Shown in pieces: positions 1-9,215 of a stretch of 64,000 bases of DNA (position 1 is the first letter of the stretch; each line of letters opens with the position of its first letter). The translations under genes were made by a program, and so were the position numbers. The notes below the pieces were generated by a model. That model had not been told where the DNA came from and made no database searches. It worked only from the letters and a program-made list of their open reading frames with translations. Source of the DNA: an uncultured delta proteobacterium (GTDB lineage Bacteria > Desulfobacterota > WTBG01); the NCBI GenBank assembly GCA_963793865.1, contig CAWCBP010000001.1, positions 224,001-288,000 of the forward strand, read 5' to 3'.

Positions 1-1334
1 CGCTTATTGATATGATGAACAGTAACGAGCTGCTGCCGGTGAATAATTTTCAGTTCGGCAGCAACGAGCGTGCGAAAAATGTCTCCGGTAAAATATTTGA
101 GAAGGAGGTTTTCAAGCAGAACATGCCGGACGGCTGCTATCCCGGCTGCAATTTATCCTGCACCAAGGGGTGCGAAAGTCATGTGCTCACAACCGGACCG
201 TTTGCGGGAAAGCAGGTCGGGGTTGACGGCCCGGAATATGAAACGGCCGCCACCGCCACCAATCTGGGAATTTTTGACATCGACTACATGCTCGAATACT
301 CATGGTACTGTGATCAGTACAGCCTGGATACCATCAGCGCCGGCGTCACCATGGCATTTCTTTTTGAGGCCTATGAGCGTGGCCTGCTGACGAAAGAAGA
401 GACCGGCGGGCTGGAACTTCGCTGGGGTGATGCGGCTATCGCCCTTGAGCTCCTGCACCGGATTGCGGCGGGAAAGCCCGGGCTGCCCAGGGCGGCGGGA
501 TTCGGGGTTCGCTTTATGAAAGAATGGATCACGGAGCGGGCTGCGGCGCGCCTTAAGCGCAGTAAGGAGAGTATTCTTTCGGAGCTTTCACTTTTTGCCA
601 TGGAGACCAAGGGGCTCGAGTTCTCCATGTACATTACCAAGGAATCGCTCGCCCAGCAGGGTGGATACGGCTTTGCACTGAAGGGACCGCAGCATGATGA
701 ATCCTGGCTGATTGCCATAGACCAGTTGCGCAAGGAGCTGCCGACATTCGAGGATAAGGCGGAGGCCCTGCTCTGGTTTCCGCTCTTTCGGACCTGGTTT
801 AATATTGCCGGGTTGTGCAAACTTCCCTGGATTGACGTGCGCAATCCCAAGGCAAAGGATACACCCTCTCCGTCAAAAAACCTGCCCACGGTGGATTACT
901 ATATCGAACTGGTAAACGGGACCTTCGGCACCAGCAACACCCTTGATGATCTGCTGCTCCAATCGGAGCGCTGTTATTTGCTGCAGAAGCTGATCAATCT
1001 CCGCCAGGGGTTTGGGACCAGGCAATACGACGCCATTCCGCTGCGGGCCATGGCGCCGGTCTTTATGAATGAATACCTCTCGCGGAAGGATTACTACGAA
1101 TCATACCTGCGGGATATGGCGAAGATAAATCCTGATGGCAGATCAGACGAGGAGAAGATGGCGCTGCTGCAGGACTTTCGCAGGAAGCAGTATGAAACGC
1201 TGACCGATGTGGTCTACAAGGAAAAGGGCTATGACAGGAACGGCATACCCACTGATGAGACCATGAAACGGCTCGGCTTTGACAGGCCCGAGTTTATGGC
1301 CATCGTCCGGGACGCCCGGAAACGGGCGGGGTAA
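1..1334 (+). CDS. Aldehyde:ferredoxin oxidoreductase (AOR family), C-terminal part; 5' end outside window
   Basis: Frame open from window start; C-x2-C-x3-C (CYPGCNLSC), DGPEYET, CDQYSLDTIS, KGLE and C-terminal GYDRNGIPT motifs typical of tungsten AOR domains 2-3. Confidence 0.85.
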   Translation, partial: LIDMMNSNELLPVNNFQFGSNERAKNVSGKIFEKEVFKQNMPDGCYPGCNLSCTKGCESHVLTTGPFAGKQVGVDGPEYETAATATNLGIFDIDYMLEYSWYCDQYSLDTISAGVTMAFLFEAYERGLLTKEETGGLELRWGDAAIALELLHRIAAGKPGLPRAAGFGVRFMKEWITERAAARLKRSKESILSELSLFAMETKGLEFSMYITKESLAQQGGYGFALKGPQHDESWLIAIDQLRKELPTFEDKAEALLWFPLFRTWFNIAGLCKLPWIDVRNPKAKDTPSPSKNLPTVDYYIELVNGTFGTSNTLDDLLLQSERCYLLQKLINLRQGFGTRQYDAIPLRAMAPVFMNEYLSRKDYYESYLRDMAKINPDGRSDEEKMALLQDFRRKQYETLTDVVYKEKGYDRNGIPTDETMKRLGFDRPEFMAIVRDARKRAG

Positions 1335-1349
1335 GAACCGGTATTGCGG

Positions 1350-2102
1350 TCAAGCGATTTTGTCCCGCTGCAAAATTTCCCCTTCGGCGCTGACCACCAC
1401 TTTTTCAATGGGGATGCTGACGCCCGCCTGCTCCATCCCTCCCTTGACCATCAGCGGCAGCCCCTGGCAGCAGGGGACCTCCATTACCACCACGGTAACG
1501 CTCTTTATACCCGCAGTCTTGAAGATCTGGGCGAACTTTTCCTTATACAAAGCAGCGTCATCAAATTTCGGGCAGCCGATCATTACCGCCTTGCCTTTCA
1601 GAAAATCCCGGTGAAAATGAGGGTAGGCCACCGGCGTACAGTCGGCGGCCACCAGCAGGTCAGCATTTTTCAGGAAGGATGCTGTAGGCTGTACCAGGCG
1701 GATCTGTACCGGCCAGTGGGCAAGGGCTGATTGCTGTACGGTATCTTTACCTGCTGCGTGTGCCGGGGGTTGATGTTTCCGCCCCGATAAAATGCGGGTC
1801 TGTGCAGATGGGCATCCCGCCGGAGAAGCGGCAGCCTCTGAGGGATGATGTTGCGCTGACCCCTGCAGATGTTTTTCCACCGCCTGCTCGTCGAATTCAT
1901 CTGCAGTCCGCTCAATGATGTGCAGGGCGTCCTGTGGGCATTCTCCAAGGCATGCGCCCAAACCGTCGCAATATTGGTCGGATATCAAACGGGCCTTGCC
2001 GTCAACTATTTTAATCGCACCCTCAGCGCATGACAGCACGCACTGCCCGCAGCCGTTGCAGCGCTCATCGTCTATTTCCACAATCTTTCGCTTTACCTTC
2101 AT
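1350..2102 (-). CDS. 2x[4Fe-4S] ferredoxin-domain iron-sulfur protein
   Basis: CNGCGQCVLSC and CDGLGACLGECP motifs; C-terminal WPVQIRLV, AADC, GCPKFDD, MEVPCC; start placed at MKVKRK. Confidence 0.85.
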   Translation of the reverse strand: MKVKRKIVEIDDERCNGCGQCVLSCAEGAIKIVDGKARLISDQYCDGLGACLGECPQDALHIIERTADEFDEQAVEKHLQGSAQHHPSEAAASPAGCPSAQTRILSGRKHQPPAHAAGKDTVQQSALAHWPVQIRLVQPTASFLKNADLLVAADCTPVAYPHFHRDFLKGKAVMIGCPKFDDAALYKEKFAQIFKTAGIKSVTVVVMEVPCCQGLPLMVKGGMEQAGVSIPIEKVVVSAEGEILQRDKIA

Positions 2103-2130
2103 GGCATTGCTCCGTTCCAGCCTCAGGATT

Positions 2131-2865
2131 TCAGTTCTCATGTACAAGGATTTTTTGTGCCAGTTTTCCCCCGCTCACCGTCAGAAATGATTTTTCTATA
2201 ATACTGGAGAGCTTGTCCCAATCAAGGGGAGACTCACTATGCTTTTCCTCGAGGTTGACGATCAGGTCGGCATCATAGAGGATCTTGAAATTGACGGTCT
2301 CCTCTGCGCGGGGATGGTGATGGTGGCCGATAATGTCGCACACCTCATCAATCAACTCCGGTGTTGCGCCCAGCCTGGTCAGGATGTCCCGCGCTACAGG
2401 CGGACCTTCCTGCTCCTGATAGGAGGCCTTATTACTGTGGTACTTGCGCTCGGCCTCTTTAATGCCGATGTCATGCAGGTAGCCGGCTATCAGCACCACT
2501 GCCATGTCTCCCTTCTCCTCCTTCACCAGCTGCTCCGCGTATCGGGCCACCTTTGAGGCATGACCGATGCGCTTGAAGTCCTGCCCGAAGTAGCGCTTCA
2601 TCTCCACTGCCACCCGGTTCTTGAGCAGGTCCTTGCGCTGAGCGAGCAACTCCGGCGGGAGGTCACCGAGGCATTGGGAGGCGTAGGGGCAGTAGGATGC
2701 GCAGCCGAAATCAATTTTCGGATTGATGACTTTGCGCCCGCATTTTTTACAGGTGCGGCTTGACTCATCCTTGAAGAATTCCATGCTGCTGCCGCATGCA
2801 GGGCAGGTGGTTTCAAAGATGGCATCGGGCCCCCAGTAACGCATATCCTGTCCGGGACACTTCAT
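2131..2865 (-). CDS. HD-domain phosphohydrolase with N-terminal Cys-rich zinc ribbon
   Basis: H...LHDIG...HHH...YDAD HD motifs; N-terminal CPACG/CKKCG/CASYC. Confidence 0.85.
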   Translation of the reverse strand: MKCPGQDMRYWGPDAIFETTCPACGSSMEFFKDESSRTCKKCGRKVINPKIDFGCASYCPYASQCLGDLPPELLAQRKDLLKNRVAVEMKRYFGQDFKRIGHASKVARYAEQLVKEEKGDMAVVLIAGYLHDIGIKEAERKYHSNKASYQEQEGPPVARDILTRLGATPELIDEVCDIIGHHHHPRAEETVNFKILYDADLIVNLEEKHSESPLDWDKLSSIIEKSFLTVSGGKLAQKILVHEN

Positions 2866-2911
2866 CGACGGCTTCCCTTGAGAATTGAAGAGAGCTTATT
2901 AAGATTGCTTA

Positions 2912-2940
2912 AGTATAGGAAAATGACCTTTGGATGTCAA
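2912..2940 (-). promoter_or_regulatory. sigma70-type promoter for HD/ferredoxin genes
   Basis: Minus strand TTGACA-17 bp-TATACT, about 45 bp upstream of the ATG at 2865. Confidence 0.65.
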
Positions 2941-3038
2941 TAGCCATGCCGGCTGATGATCTTTTGCCGACAGTCAGTTTCCTGATTTTCGTTTCCAGTT
3001 GCATTCAATAGCTGCTTCTCAAATTCAGAACATTAGCC

Positions 3039-3068
3039 TTGACACAAAATTGACCTCTGTCCTATAGT
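3039..3068 (+). promoter_or_regulatory. sigma70-type promoter for the guaA-like gene
   Basis: TTGACA-18 bp-TATAGT. Confidence 0.5.
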
Positions 3069-3112
3069 GACCCTGCACATCCGCGAGCCTGATAAACAAT
3101 CAATTGCAGTAT

Positions 3113-3258
3113 GAGATTGCTTTGTCGCTGGTGCTCCCTGGCCGGGAAGTCACTCTCCGCGCTGTCATGGCATACGGGCAGGCCTCGCAATGACGTTATC
3201 AGTACGTTGTTACTTGCTTCCGTCATTGCGAGCGACCGAAGGGAGCGCGGCAATCTCG
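3113..3258. repeat. REP-like palindromic elements, GTCATTGCGAG...GCAATCTC family (two arms)
   Basis: GAGATTGC...CCTCGCAATGACG followed by CGTCATTGCGAGCGACCGAAGGGAGCGCGGCAATCTC; same family at 14589 and 52041. Confidence 0.7.
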
Positions 3259-3316
3259 TTTTCGGACAAGACTGTAGACTGTTAAATTCATTACCGACCA
3301 CCAACAGGGGGATTTT

Positions 3317-4282
3317 ATGGCAATCAAGGAAATCAAGGCGAAGGATCTGAACACCAAAGCGTTTATACGCCAGCAGGCAGATGCCATTTCCCGGCAGGTG
3401 GGCAATGGCTATGCCATCAATGCCCTCTCCGGCGGGGTTGACTCATCTGCCGTAACCATGCTCGGGCACATTGCCCTGGGAGAACGGCTCAAAACCTACT
3501 TCGTCGACAACGGCATCATGCGCAAGGGTGAGCCGGAAGAAATCGTGCGCATCTTTAAAAAGCTCGGGGTAAAGGTCGAAGTGGTGAACGCGCAGAACAA
3601 GTTTTTTTCCGCCCTGAAGGGCATTACCGACCCCGAGGAGAAACGGGAGGCCATCACCCAGACATTCTACAAGGATGTGTTCGGCCGCCTGGTGTCGAAG
3701 AGCAGGGCCCGTTATTTGCTGCAGGGCACCATCCTCACCGACGTCGACGAGACGGTAGCGGGCATCAAGCGCCAGCACAATGTGTTCGCGCAGCTCGGCA
3801 TCGATCCGCAGAAGGCCTTCGGCTACAACATTCTTGAGCCGCTGCTGCAGCTGCGTAAAGACGGCGTGCGCAAGCTCTCCAAAGCCCTGGGCCTGCCGGC
3901 ATCCATATACAACCGCCCGCCCTTTCCCGGCCCGGCGCTTGCCGCCCGCGTCATCGGCGAAGTCACGCGGGAGAAAATTGCTCTTGTCCGCGAGGCCACG
4001 GCCGTGCTTGAAAGCGAACTGAAAAAAACAAAGGCCTTTCAGTTCATGGCCATTCTGCATCAGGACCGTGTGACCGGCATGCGGGCCAACAAGCGCGATT
4101 TCGGACTGCAGATAGAGGTGCGTTGCTGGGACAGCGTCGATGCGCGCACTGCCCGTCCGACACGGCTGCCTTATCCCGTGCTTGAAAGGATCGCGCGCCG
4201 CATGACAGCCGAAGTGCCCGGCGTGGTCAGCGTGACCTACCACATCGCCACCAAGCCGCCTTCAACCATGGAGGTGATATAG
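3317..4282 (+). CDS. GMP synthase ATP-pyrophosphatase subunit (stand-alone, GuaA C-terminal/subunit B type)
   Basis: PP-loop ALSGGVDSS, DPEEKR, LLQGT, PFPGPALAAR, C-terminal KPPSTME; no glutaminase domain. Confidence 0.85.
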   Translation: MAIKEIKAKDLNTKAFIRQQADAISRQVGNGYAINALSGGVDSSAVTMLGHIALGERLKTYFVDNGIMRKGEPEEIVRIFKKLGVKVEVVNAQNKFFSALKGITDPEEKREAITQTFYKDVFGRLVSKSRARYLLQGTILTDVDETVAGIKRQHNVFAQLGIDPQKAFGYNILEPLLQLRKDGVRKLSKALGLPASIYNRPPFPGPALAARVIGEVTREKIALVREATAVLESELKKTKAFQFMAILHQDRVTGMRANKRDFGLQIEVRCWDSVDARTARPTRLPYPVLERIARRMTAEVPGVVSVTYHIATKPPSTMEVI

Positions 4283-4324
4283 GGCAATCTGCGGGAGGGT
4301 GTAAAAAGGGTTCCTTCGTTCAGA

Positions 4325-4362
4325 AAGTAATAGAGGCGTGTTGCAATACGCCTCTATTACTT
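4325..4362. repeat. 15-bp inverted repeat (REP-like or terminator hairpin)
   Basis: AAGTAATAGAGGCGT-8 nt-ACGCCTCTATTACTT just downstream of the guaA-like gene. Confidence 0.65.
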
Positions 4363-4523
4363 ATGAGAGCAAGAGGGATCAACAGGAAAACCGGCAGCCA
4401 CGGGACAAACAAAGGTACAATATTGTTCTTTGCTGCTGTCATGGAGAATGATAAAGAAGATAGTGCTGCATTGCCGCAGGTATCACTATAACCATTGCAA
4501 GTTGTAACATTAAACTTTAGGAA

Positions 4524-6689
4524 TTGTTTCGCAACATGGGTAAAAAGGCACGCAGTCAAATAAAGGTGCAACAAAGTAACAGCCAATATCCTTCAGGGAA
4601 ATCCTCTCTTGGAATAATTGGGATATGTGGCATGATGATCTTTTTGATTACTTTTTTGATTTATACCCCTGCGCTTAAAAATGATTTTGTTAGTTGGGAT
4701 GATGAAGTATACGTCTGTGAAAACAACCATATCAATTCGTTGAATCTGCGATTTTTCTCGTGGATGCTTACGACATTTTATGCGGGCAATTGGCATCCCT
4801 TGACCTGGTTGAGTCACGCTACAGATTATGCTATCTGGGGGCTTAATCCATTCGGGCACCACTTAACCAGCATCATCCTGCACGGGATGAATACCCTCCT
4901 TGTGTTTCTGCTGGTTATGCAGCTCATGCTGAGGGGAAGGGCGATGAATCAGGTTCCAACGCCATCTTCTGTTTTCCTCTCCCTGCCGACTCAGCACCTG
5001 ATTGCTGCAGTCGTAACAGCCCTGATGTTTGGGCTTCACCCGTTACACGTGGAGTCGGTTGCATGGGTGGCCGAGCGCAAGGATCTGCTATGCGCTTTTT
5101 TCTTTCTTTTAACCCTGTGTTCCTATCTTTTCTATACCTCTTCTGTTGCTGCAAAAAACCGGAGGGCCTGGTTCACTGCCTGCATAGTATTCACAACCGC
5201 TGCGCTGATGGCAAAACCCATGGCCGTGACACTCCCTCTGGTGCTGCTTCTCCTGGATATCTACCCCTTAAAGCGGATTGCCTTCTCTGAAGGGACCGAT
5301 AAGCATCGTAAGGTTTTGCTGGAAAAAGTTCCCTTCTTTTTATTAATTTTTATTTCAGCACTCGTTACTGTCTTGGCACAACATTCAGGGGGAGCATTTA
5401 AAACTCTTGAAAGAATGCCACTGCATTTTAAGCTCCTCAATGCCCTTCATTCCCCCTTTTTCTATCTGGCCAATATGCTCTGGCCGGTAAAACTGGTTCC
5501 TTTCTATCCTTTTCCTGCAGACGTCCGTTTATTTGATCTCACCCACGGTATCTCAGGAATTTTGGCTTTGACTATAACAGCCGCGTGCATATGGCTGTGG
5601 AAGCGGGGGCGAATCCTGTTTTTCACTGCCTGGGCGTATTACCTTATCACACTGCTTCCGGTGGTGGGTATTATCCAGGTTGGCAGCCAGGCTGCAGCGG
5701 ATCGCTACACCTATCTTCCCAGCGTTAGTATCTTTTTATTGGCAGGGATAGGGGTTTCACAGCTATTTGCTGCACTCGGTCACAGAAAAAGCATAATAAT
5801 CTCCGGAGGGGTGATTGTAGCACTCATTTTTATACTGTTTGGTCAATTGACTGTAAAACAGATTGCGATTTGGCAGGATTCAGAAACTTTGTGGAAGCAT
5901 GTCATCAAGAGTTTTCCGGGAAGGTTGGATTTCGCGCAAATGGGCTTGGGAAATGCCTATGCGAGAAAAGGTGAATACGATAAAGCCATTGAAGAATATG
6001 AAAAGGCATTAGCCCTCAATCCAACTCATGTGGAAGCACACAACAATCTGGGGAATGCCTATTTGAGCAAAGGTAAATACGATAAGGCCATTGAAGAATA
6101 TGAAAAGGCATTAGCTGGCAACCCAAGTTTAGTGGAAGCACACAACAATATGGGAAATGCCTATGCGAGAAAAGGTGAATTTGATAAAGCAATTGAAGCA
6201 TTTGAAAAGGCATTGGTCAGCAACCCAACTCACGTGGAAGCACACAACAATCTGGGAAATGCCTATATGATCAAAGGTAAATACGATAAAGCCATTGAAG
6301 AATATGAAAAGGCATTAGCCCTTAATCCAACTCATGTGGAAGCACACAACAATCTGGGGAATGCCTATGTGAGAAAAGGTGAATACGATAAAGCCATTGA
6401 AGAATTTGAAAAGGCATTGGCCAGCAACCCCAATTTGACAGGAGCATATTTAAATGTGGGGAACATTTATTATGCAAAGGGCATGCTTGATGAGGCCATT
6501 GTACAGTATAAAAAGGCTCTTGCTATCAACCCTGACTTTGCCGCGGCGCACAATTTTCTGGGCAAGGCCTATTATAGAATAAATAATTATAGCATGGCAG
6601 AAGACCATTTGGATAAGGCATTAGCGCTTGGTTATAAGGTCGATCGAAAATTATTGGAATCGGTTAAACGTGATCTCTCGGTTCGTTGA
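4524..6689 (+). CDS. TMTC-like multi-pass membrane glycosyltransferase (GT-C fold) with C-terminal TPR array
   Basis: WDD, WHPLTWLSH, HPLHVESVAWVAERKD, ADRYTYLP motifs; many hydrophobic segments; about 7 TPRs; true start may be ATG 4536. Confidence 0.8.
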   Translation: MFRNMGKKARSQIKVQQSNSQYPSGKSSLGIIGICGMMIFLITFLIYTPALKNDFVSWDDEVYVCENNHINSLNLRFFSWMLTTFYAGNWHPLTWLSHATDYAIWGLNPFGHHLTSIILHGMNTLLVFLLVMQLMLRGRAMNQVPTPSSVFLSLPTQHLIAAVVTALMFGLHPLHVESVAWVAERKDLLCAFFFLLTLCSYLFYTSSVAAKNRRAWFTACIVFTTAALMAKPMAVTLPLVLLLLDIYPLKRIAFSEGTDKHRKVLLEKVPFFLLIFISALVTVLAQHSGGAFKTLERMPLHFKLLNALHSPFFYLANMLWPVKLVPFYPFPADVRLFDLTHGISGILALTITAACIWLWKRGRILFFTAWAYYLITLLPVVGIIQVGSQAAADRYTYLPSVSIFLLAGIGVSQLFAALGHRKSIIISGGVIVALIFILFGQLTVKQIAIWQDSETLWKHVIKSFPGRLDFAQMGLGNAYARKGEYDKAIEEYEKALALNPTHVEAHNNLGNAYLSKGKYDKAIEEYEKALAGNPSLVEAHNNMGNAYARKGEFDKAIEAFEKALVSNPTHVEAHNNLGNAYMIKGKYDKAIEEYEKALALNPTHVEAHNNLGNAYVRKGEYDKAIEEFEKALASNPNLTGAYLNVGNIYYAKGMLDEAIVQYKKALAINPDFAAAHNFLGKAYYRINNYSMAEDHLDKALALGYKVDRKLLESVKRDLSVR
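5943..6452 (+). repeat. Five near-identical 102-bp tandem repeats encoding TPR units
   Basis: GG(A/G)AATGCCTAT recurs at 5949, 6051, 6153, 6255, 6357 (period 102 nt = 34 aa). Confidence 0.9.
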
Positions 6690-6794
6690 GGTTGGTTTTT
6701 TATCTGTCAGCCATACAGCAAATGCGTTGACCTGATTTCTTTTCACACCCGCGGGATTTGGAAAACATGGAATTTGCCAGGCTATTTACATTGC

Positions 6795-7709
6795 TTATCC
6801 TTCAGGGAAACCTCTGTAAAGACCCTCAGCCTTAGCATATGCCAGAGCCTCATTATATTCCCCGTGAGTAATGCGGCGGTTGAGTTCGGGGAATTCGGCT
6901 GCCCTGTATTCGGGACGGTACTGGCTCATGATGTTCACGTACGAATGGGGTGAAAGCTCTGTGGCTATATAGTGCATGAGCTCTCGTGTGCCGGCCAAGC
7001 CCTCAGGCATTACCAGATGGCGGATGAGCAGGCCTCTTTCCGCCACACCTTCCTTTGAAATCTGTAAATCACCAACCTGCCGATGCATTTCCATCAAGAC
7101 CTCTTTTACCACTGCCGGGTAATCCGGTGCCTGCGCGTATCTTTCTGCCACCCCGCTGTCCGACCATTTTACATCCGGCATGTAGATATCGATGATCCCA
7201 TCCAGAAGCTTTATTACCTCCAGTGATTCGTATCCGCCGCAATTATAGACAAGCGGAATGTGCAGGCCGCGGTCAATGGCATAGATCAGGGCGGAAATGA
7301 TCTGCGGCACATAGTGGGTGGGGGTGACAAAGTTAATGTTGTGGCATCCCCGCTGCTGCAGGGCAACCATGTATACGGCCATTTGTTGTAAGGTGACTGC
7401 CTCTCCCCGTCCCAGGTGACTTATGTCGTGATTCTGGCAGAAGACGCAGCGCAGGTTGCAGTGCGTTAAAAATATCGTGCCGGATCCCATGGTTCCCACC
7501 AGCGGGGCTTCTTCTCCGAAATGGGCAAAGGCGCTGGATAGCATGAGCTTTTCGCCCGCGCGGCAGAACCCCGGCTCACCCTGCAGCCGGTTGACCTTAC
7601 AATGACGGGGACAGAGCCGGCATTCCTTAAGCATGTCGGTGAGTGCGCTGATCCTCTTTTGCAGTTCGCCGGTTGTGTGAAGATTGATGTAGGATGGAAT
7701 GTAGCTCAT
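6795..7709 (-). CDS. Radical SAM protein, PflX (PFL-activating-enzyme-like) family
   Basis: CRLCPRHC, HFGEE, GSGTIF, CNLRCVFCQN, HNINFVTP, DIYMPDVK, GLLIRHLVMP. Confidence 0.85.
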   Translation of the reverse strand: MSYIPSYINLHTTGELQKRISALTDMLKECRLCPRHCKVNRLQGEPGFCRAGEKLMLSSAFAHFGEEAPLVGTMGSGTIFLTHCNLRCVFCQNHDISHLGRGEAVTLQQMAVYMVALQQRGCHNINFVTPTHYVPQIISALIYAIDRGLHIPLVYNCGGYESLEVIKLLDGIIDIYMPDVKWSDSGVAERYAQAPDYPAVVKEVLMEMHRQVGDLQISKEGVAERGLLIRHLVMPEGLAGTRELMHYIATELSPHSYVNIMSQYRPEYRAAEFPELNRRITHGEYNEALAYAKAEGLYRGFPEG

Positions 7710-7795
7710 AAGGATTACTTTAATAGGCTAGTGAATACACGCATAAAGCCGCATTAGTGATGATATTGAGGCACGTATTGTTATTATGATTCTCT

Positions 7796-7866
7796 GTAGG
7801 GGCGTACCTGTGTGTGCGCCCTGATCCCGGCGGCTTTTATGGGCAGACACGCAGGTCTGCCCCTAC
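7796..7866. repeat. GTAG-family REP doublet
   Basis: GTAGGGGCGTACCTGTGTGTGCGCCC ... GGGCAGACACGCAGGTCTGCCCCTAC inverted pair. Confidence 0.75.
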
Positions 7867-7952
7867 TGAAACAATGTGATGAAAATGGATTGTTCACATT
7901 TAGTTGTCTTTTCAACAGCCTGTTATAAGTTGCCGTGAGATGTGCTTATGAT

Positions 7953-9215
7953 TCAACTGATGGCCTCCACCAGGTGTATTGCCCTTGCTTTCAATCCCCG
8001 CTGGTGGATGCCGTCCATAAGTTGCAGCAGGCATCCGCTGCAGCTTGTTGCTATCAGTGAAGCCCCCGTGGACTCAAGGCAGTCTATCTTGCGCTTCACT
8101 ATGCTCATGGAAAGGTCATAGTGGGTGATGCTGAAGGTTCCGCCCATGCCGCAGCAGCGGGAGGCGTCAGGCATCTCGGTAAAGATAAAGTTGGGCAGGG
8201 CCTTCAGCACTTCTCTAGGTTCTTTATGGATGCCGAGGGTGCGCTTCAGATGACAGGGGTCATGGTAGGTAATGACAGGGCGGAGCTTATTCCCCGAGCT
8301 GTTTTTCCTGAGCTCCGAAGTCAGCCTGAGATCGCTTACCAGGAAGTGCGATATGTCCGTGACGCTGTCGCTGAACTTTTTAACCCTTGTTTGAGTGTCC
8401 TGGTCAGCATCTTTCAAAAGCTGCGGATAAAAGATCTTTAAGGCTGCCGCGCAGGATGCGCAGGTGGTGATAATGGTCGCAAGACCGTGCTTTTCAAATG
8501 CTTCGATATTGGTGAGCGCTAACTTTTTTGCTGTGTTCCAGTCCCCCGCCGCAAAGGCCATCAGACCGCAGCACGTTTGGCCGGGAGGAGTGATAACCGA
8601 TACACCGTGCCTGTTGAGCAGGCGCAGGGTGGCGCTGCCGATGCGGGGGAAGAGATAGTTGGTGACGCATCCGGGAAAGTAGCCCACCCGCTTTTTTTCT
8701 TCCTTCGCTGCCGCGAGCCCCGCATGGATATCGCTGAAAAACTGTTTGGCTATGGGGGGAATGAGGCGCCTGCGGTCCAGAAAGGGCAGGGGAAAGCGGC
8801 GATGGAGCCCGCTCTCGCCGGGAATTCTTTTCAGCAGCAGTCCCTGGATCAGTGATCCGGTCCGGAACAAAAAAGGCAGGGCCCGAAGAGATCCGAAGAG
8901 AAGCTTTTTAACGGGGGGCAGTCCCCGGTGATTAACCAGCGCTTTTCTGGCGGAAAGAAGAATATCCCCCGCCTTCAGCCCGTTGGGACAGCTTTCTCCG
9001 CAGCTGTCGCACAGAAGACATGCAGAAAGAATGTCCTGAAGTTTTTCCGTAAATTGTATTTCTCCTGATGACAGTGATTCGACAAGGCTCAGTTTTCCGC
9101 GGGGGGAGGTGATTTCCGAAAGCGCTTCGGTGTAAACGGGGCACTGTGTCAGGCAGGTTCCGCACTTGACGCAGCGGGCGGCCTGGCTGCTCAAATCAAT
9201 GATGTTTTTGGTCAT
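7953..9215 (-). CDS. glcF: Glycolate/lactate oxidase iron-sulfur subunit (GlcF-like)
   Basis: Two 4Fe-4S motifs (CVKCGTCLTQCP, CLLCDSCGESCP), two CCG domains, YHDPCHL; overlaps glcD stop. Confidence 0.8.
   Translation of the reverse strand: MTKNIIDLSSQAARCVKCGTCLTQCPVYTEALSEITSPRGKLSLVESLSSGEIQFTEKLQDILSACLLCDSCGESCPNGLKAGDILLSARKALVNHRGLPPVKKLLFGSLRALPFLFRTGSLIQGLLLKRIPGESGLHRRFPLPFLDRRRLIPPIAKQFFSDIHAGLAAAKEEKKRVGYFPGCVTNYLFPRIGSATLRLLNRHGVSVITPPGQTCCGLMAFAAGDWNTAKKLALTNIEAFEKHGLATIITTCASCAAALKIFYPQLLKDADQDTQTRVKKFSDSVTDISHFLVSDLRLTSELRKNSSGNKLRPVITYHDPCHLKRTLGIHKEPREVLKALPNFIFTEMPDASRCCGMGGTFSITHYDLSMSIVKRKIDCLESTGASLIATSCSGCLLQLMDGIHQRGLKARAIHLVEAIS

Noticed and set aside
3062..3405. Small ORFs upstream of the guaA-like gene, or a purine riboswitch
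   Set aside because: The ORFs read through REP-like palindromes, and I see no purine aptamer core
5943..6452. Possible CRISPR array or DGR-type repeat
   Set aside because: Contiguous in-frame 102-bp coding units with no spacers; no cas or reverse transcriptase genes
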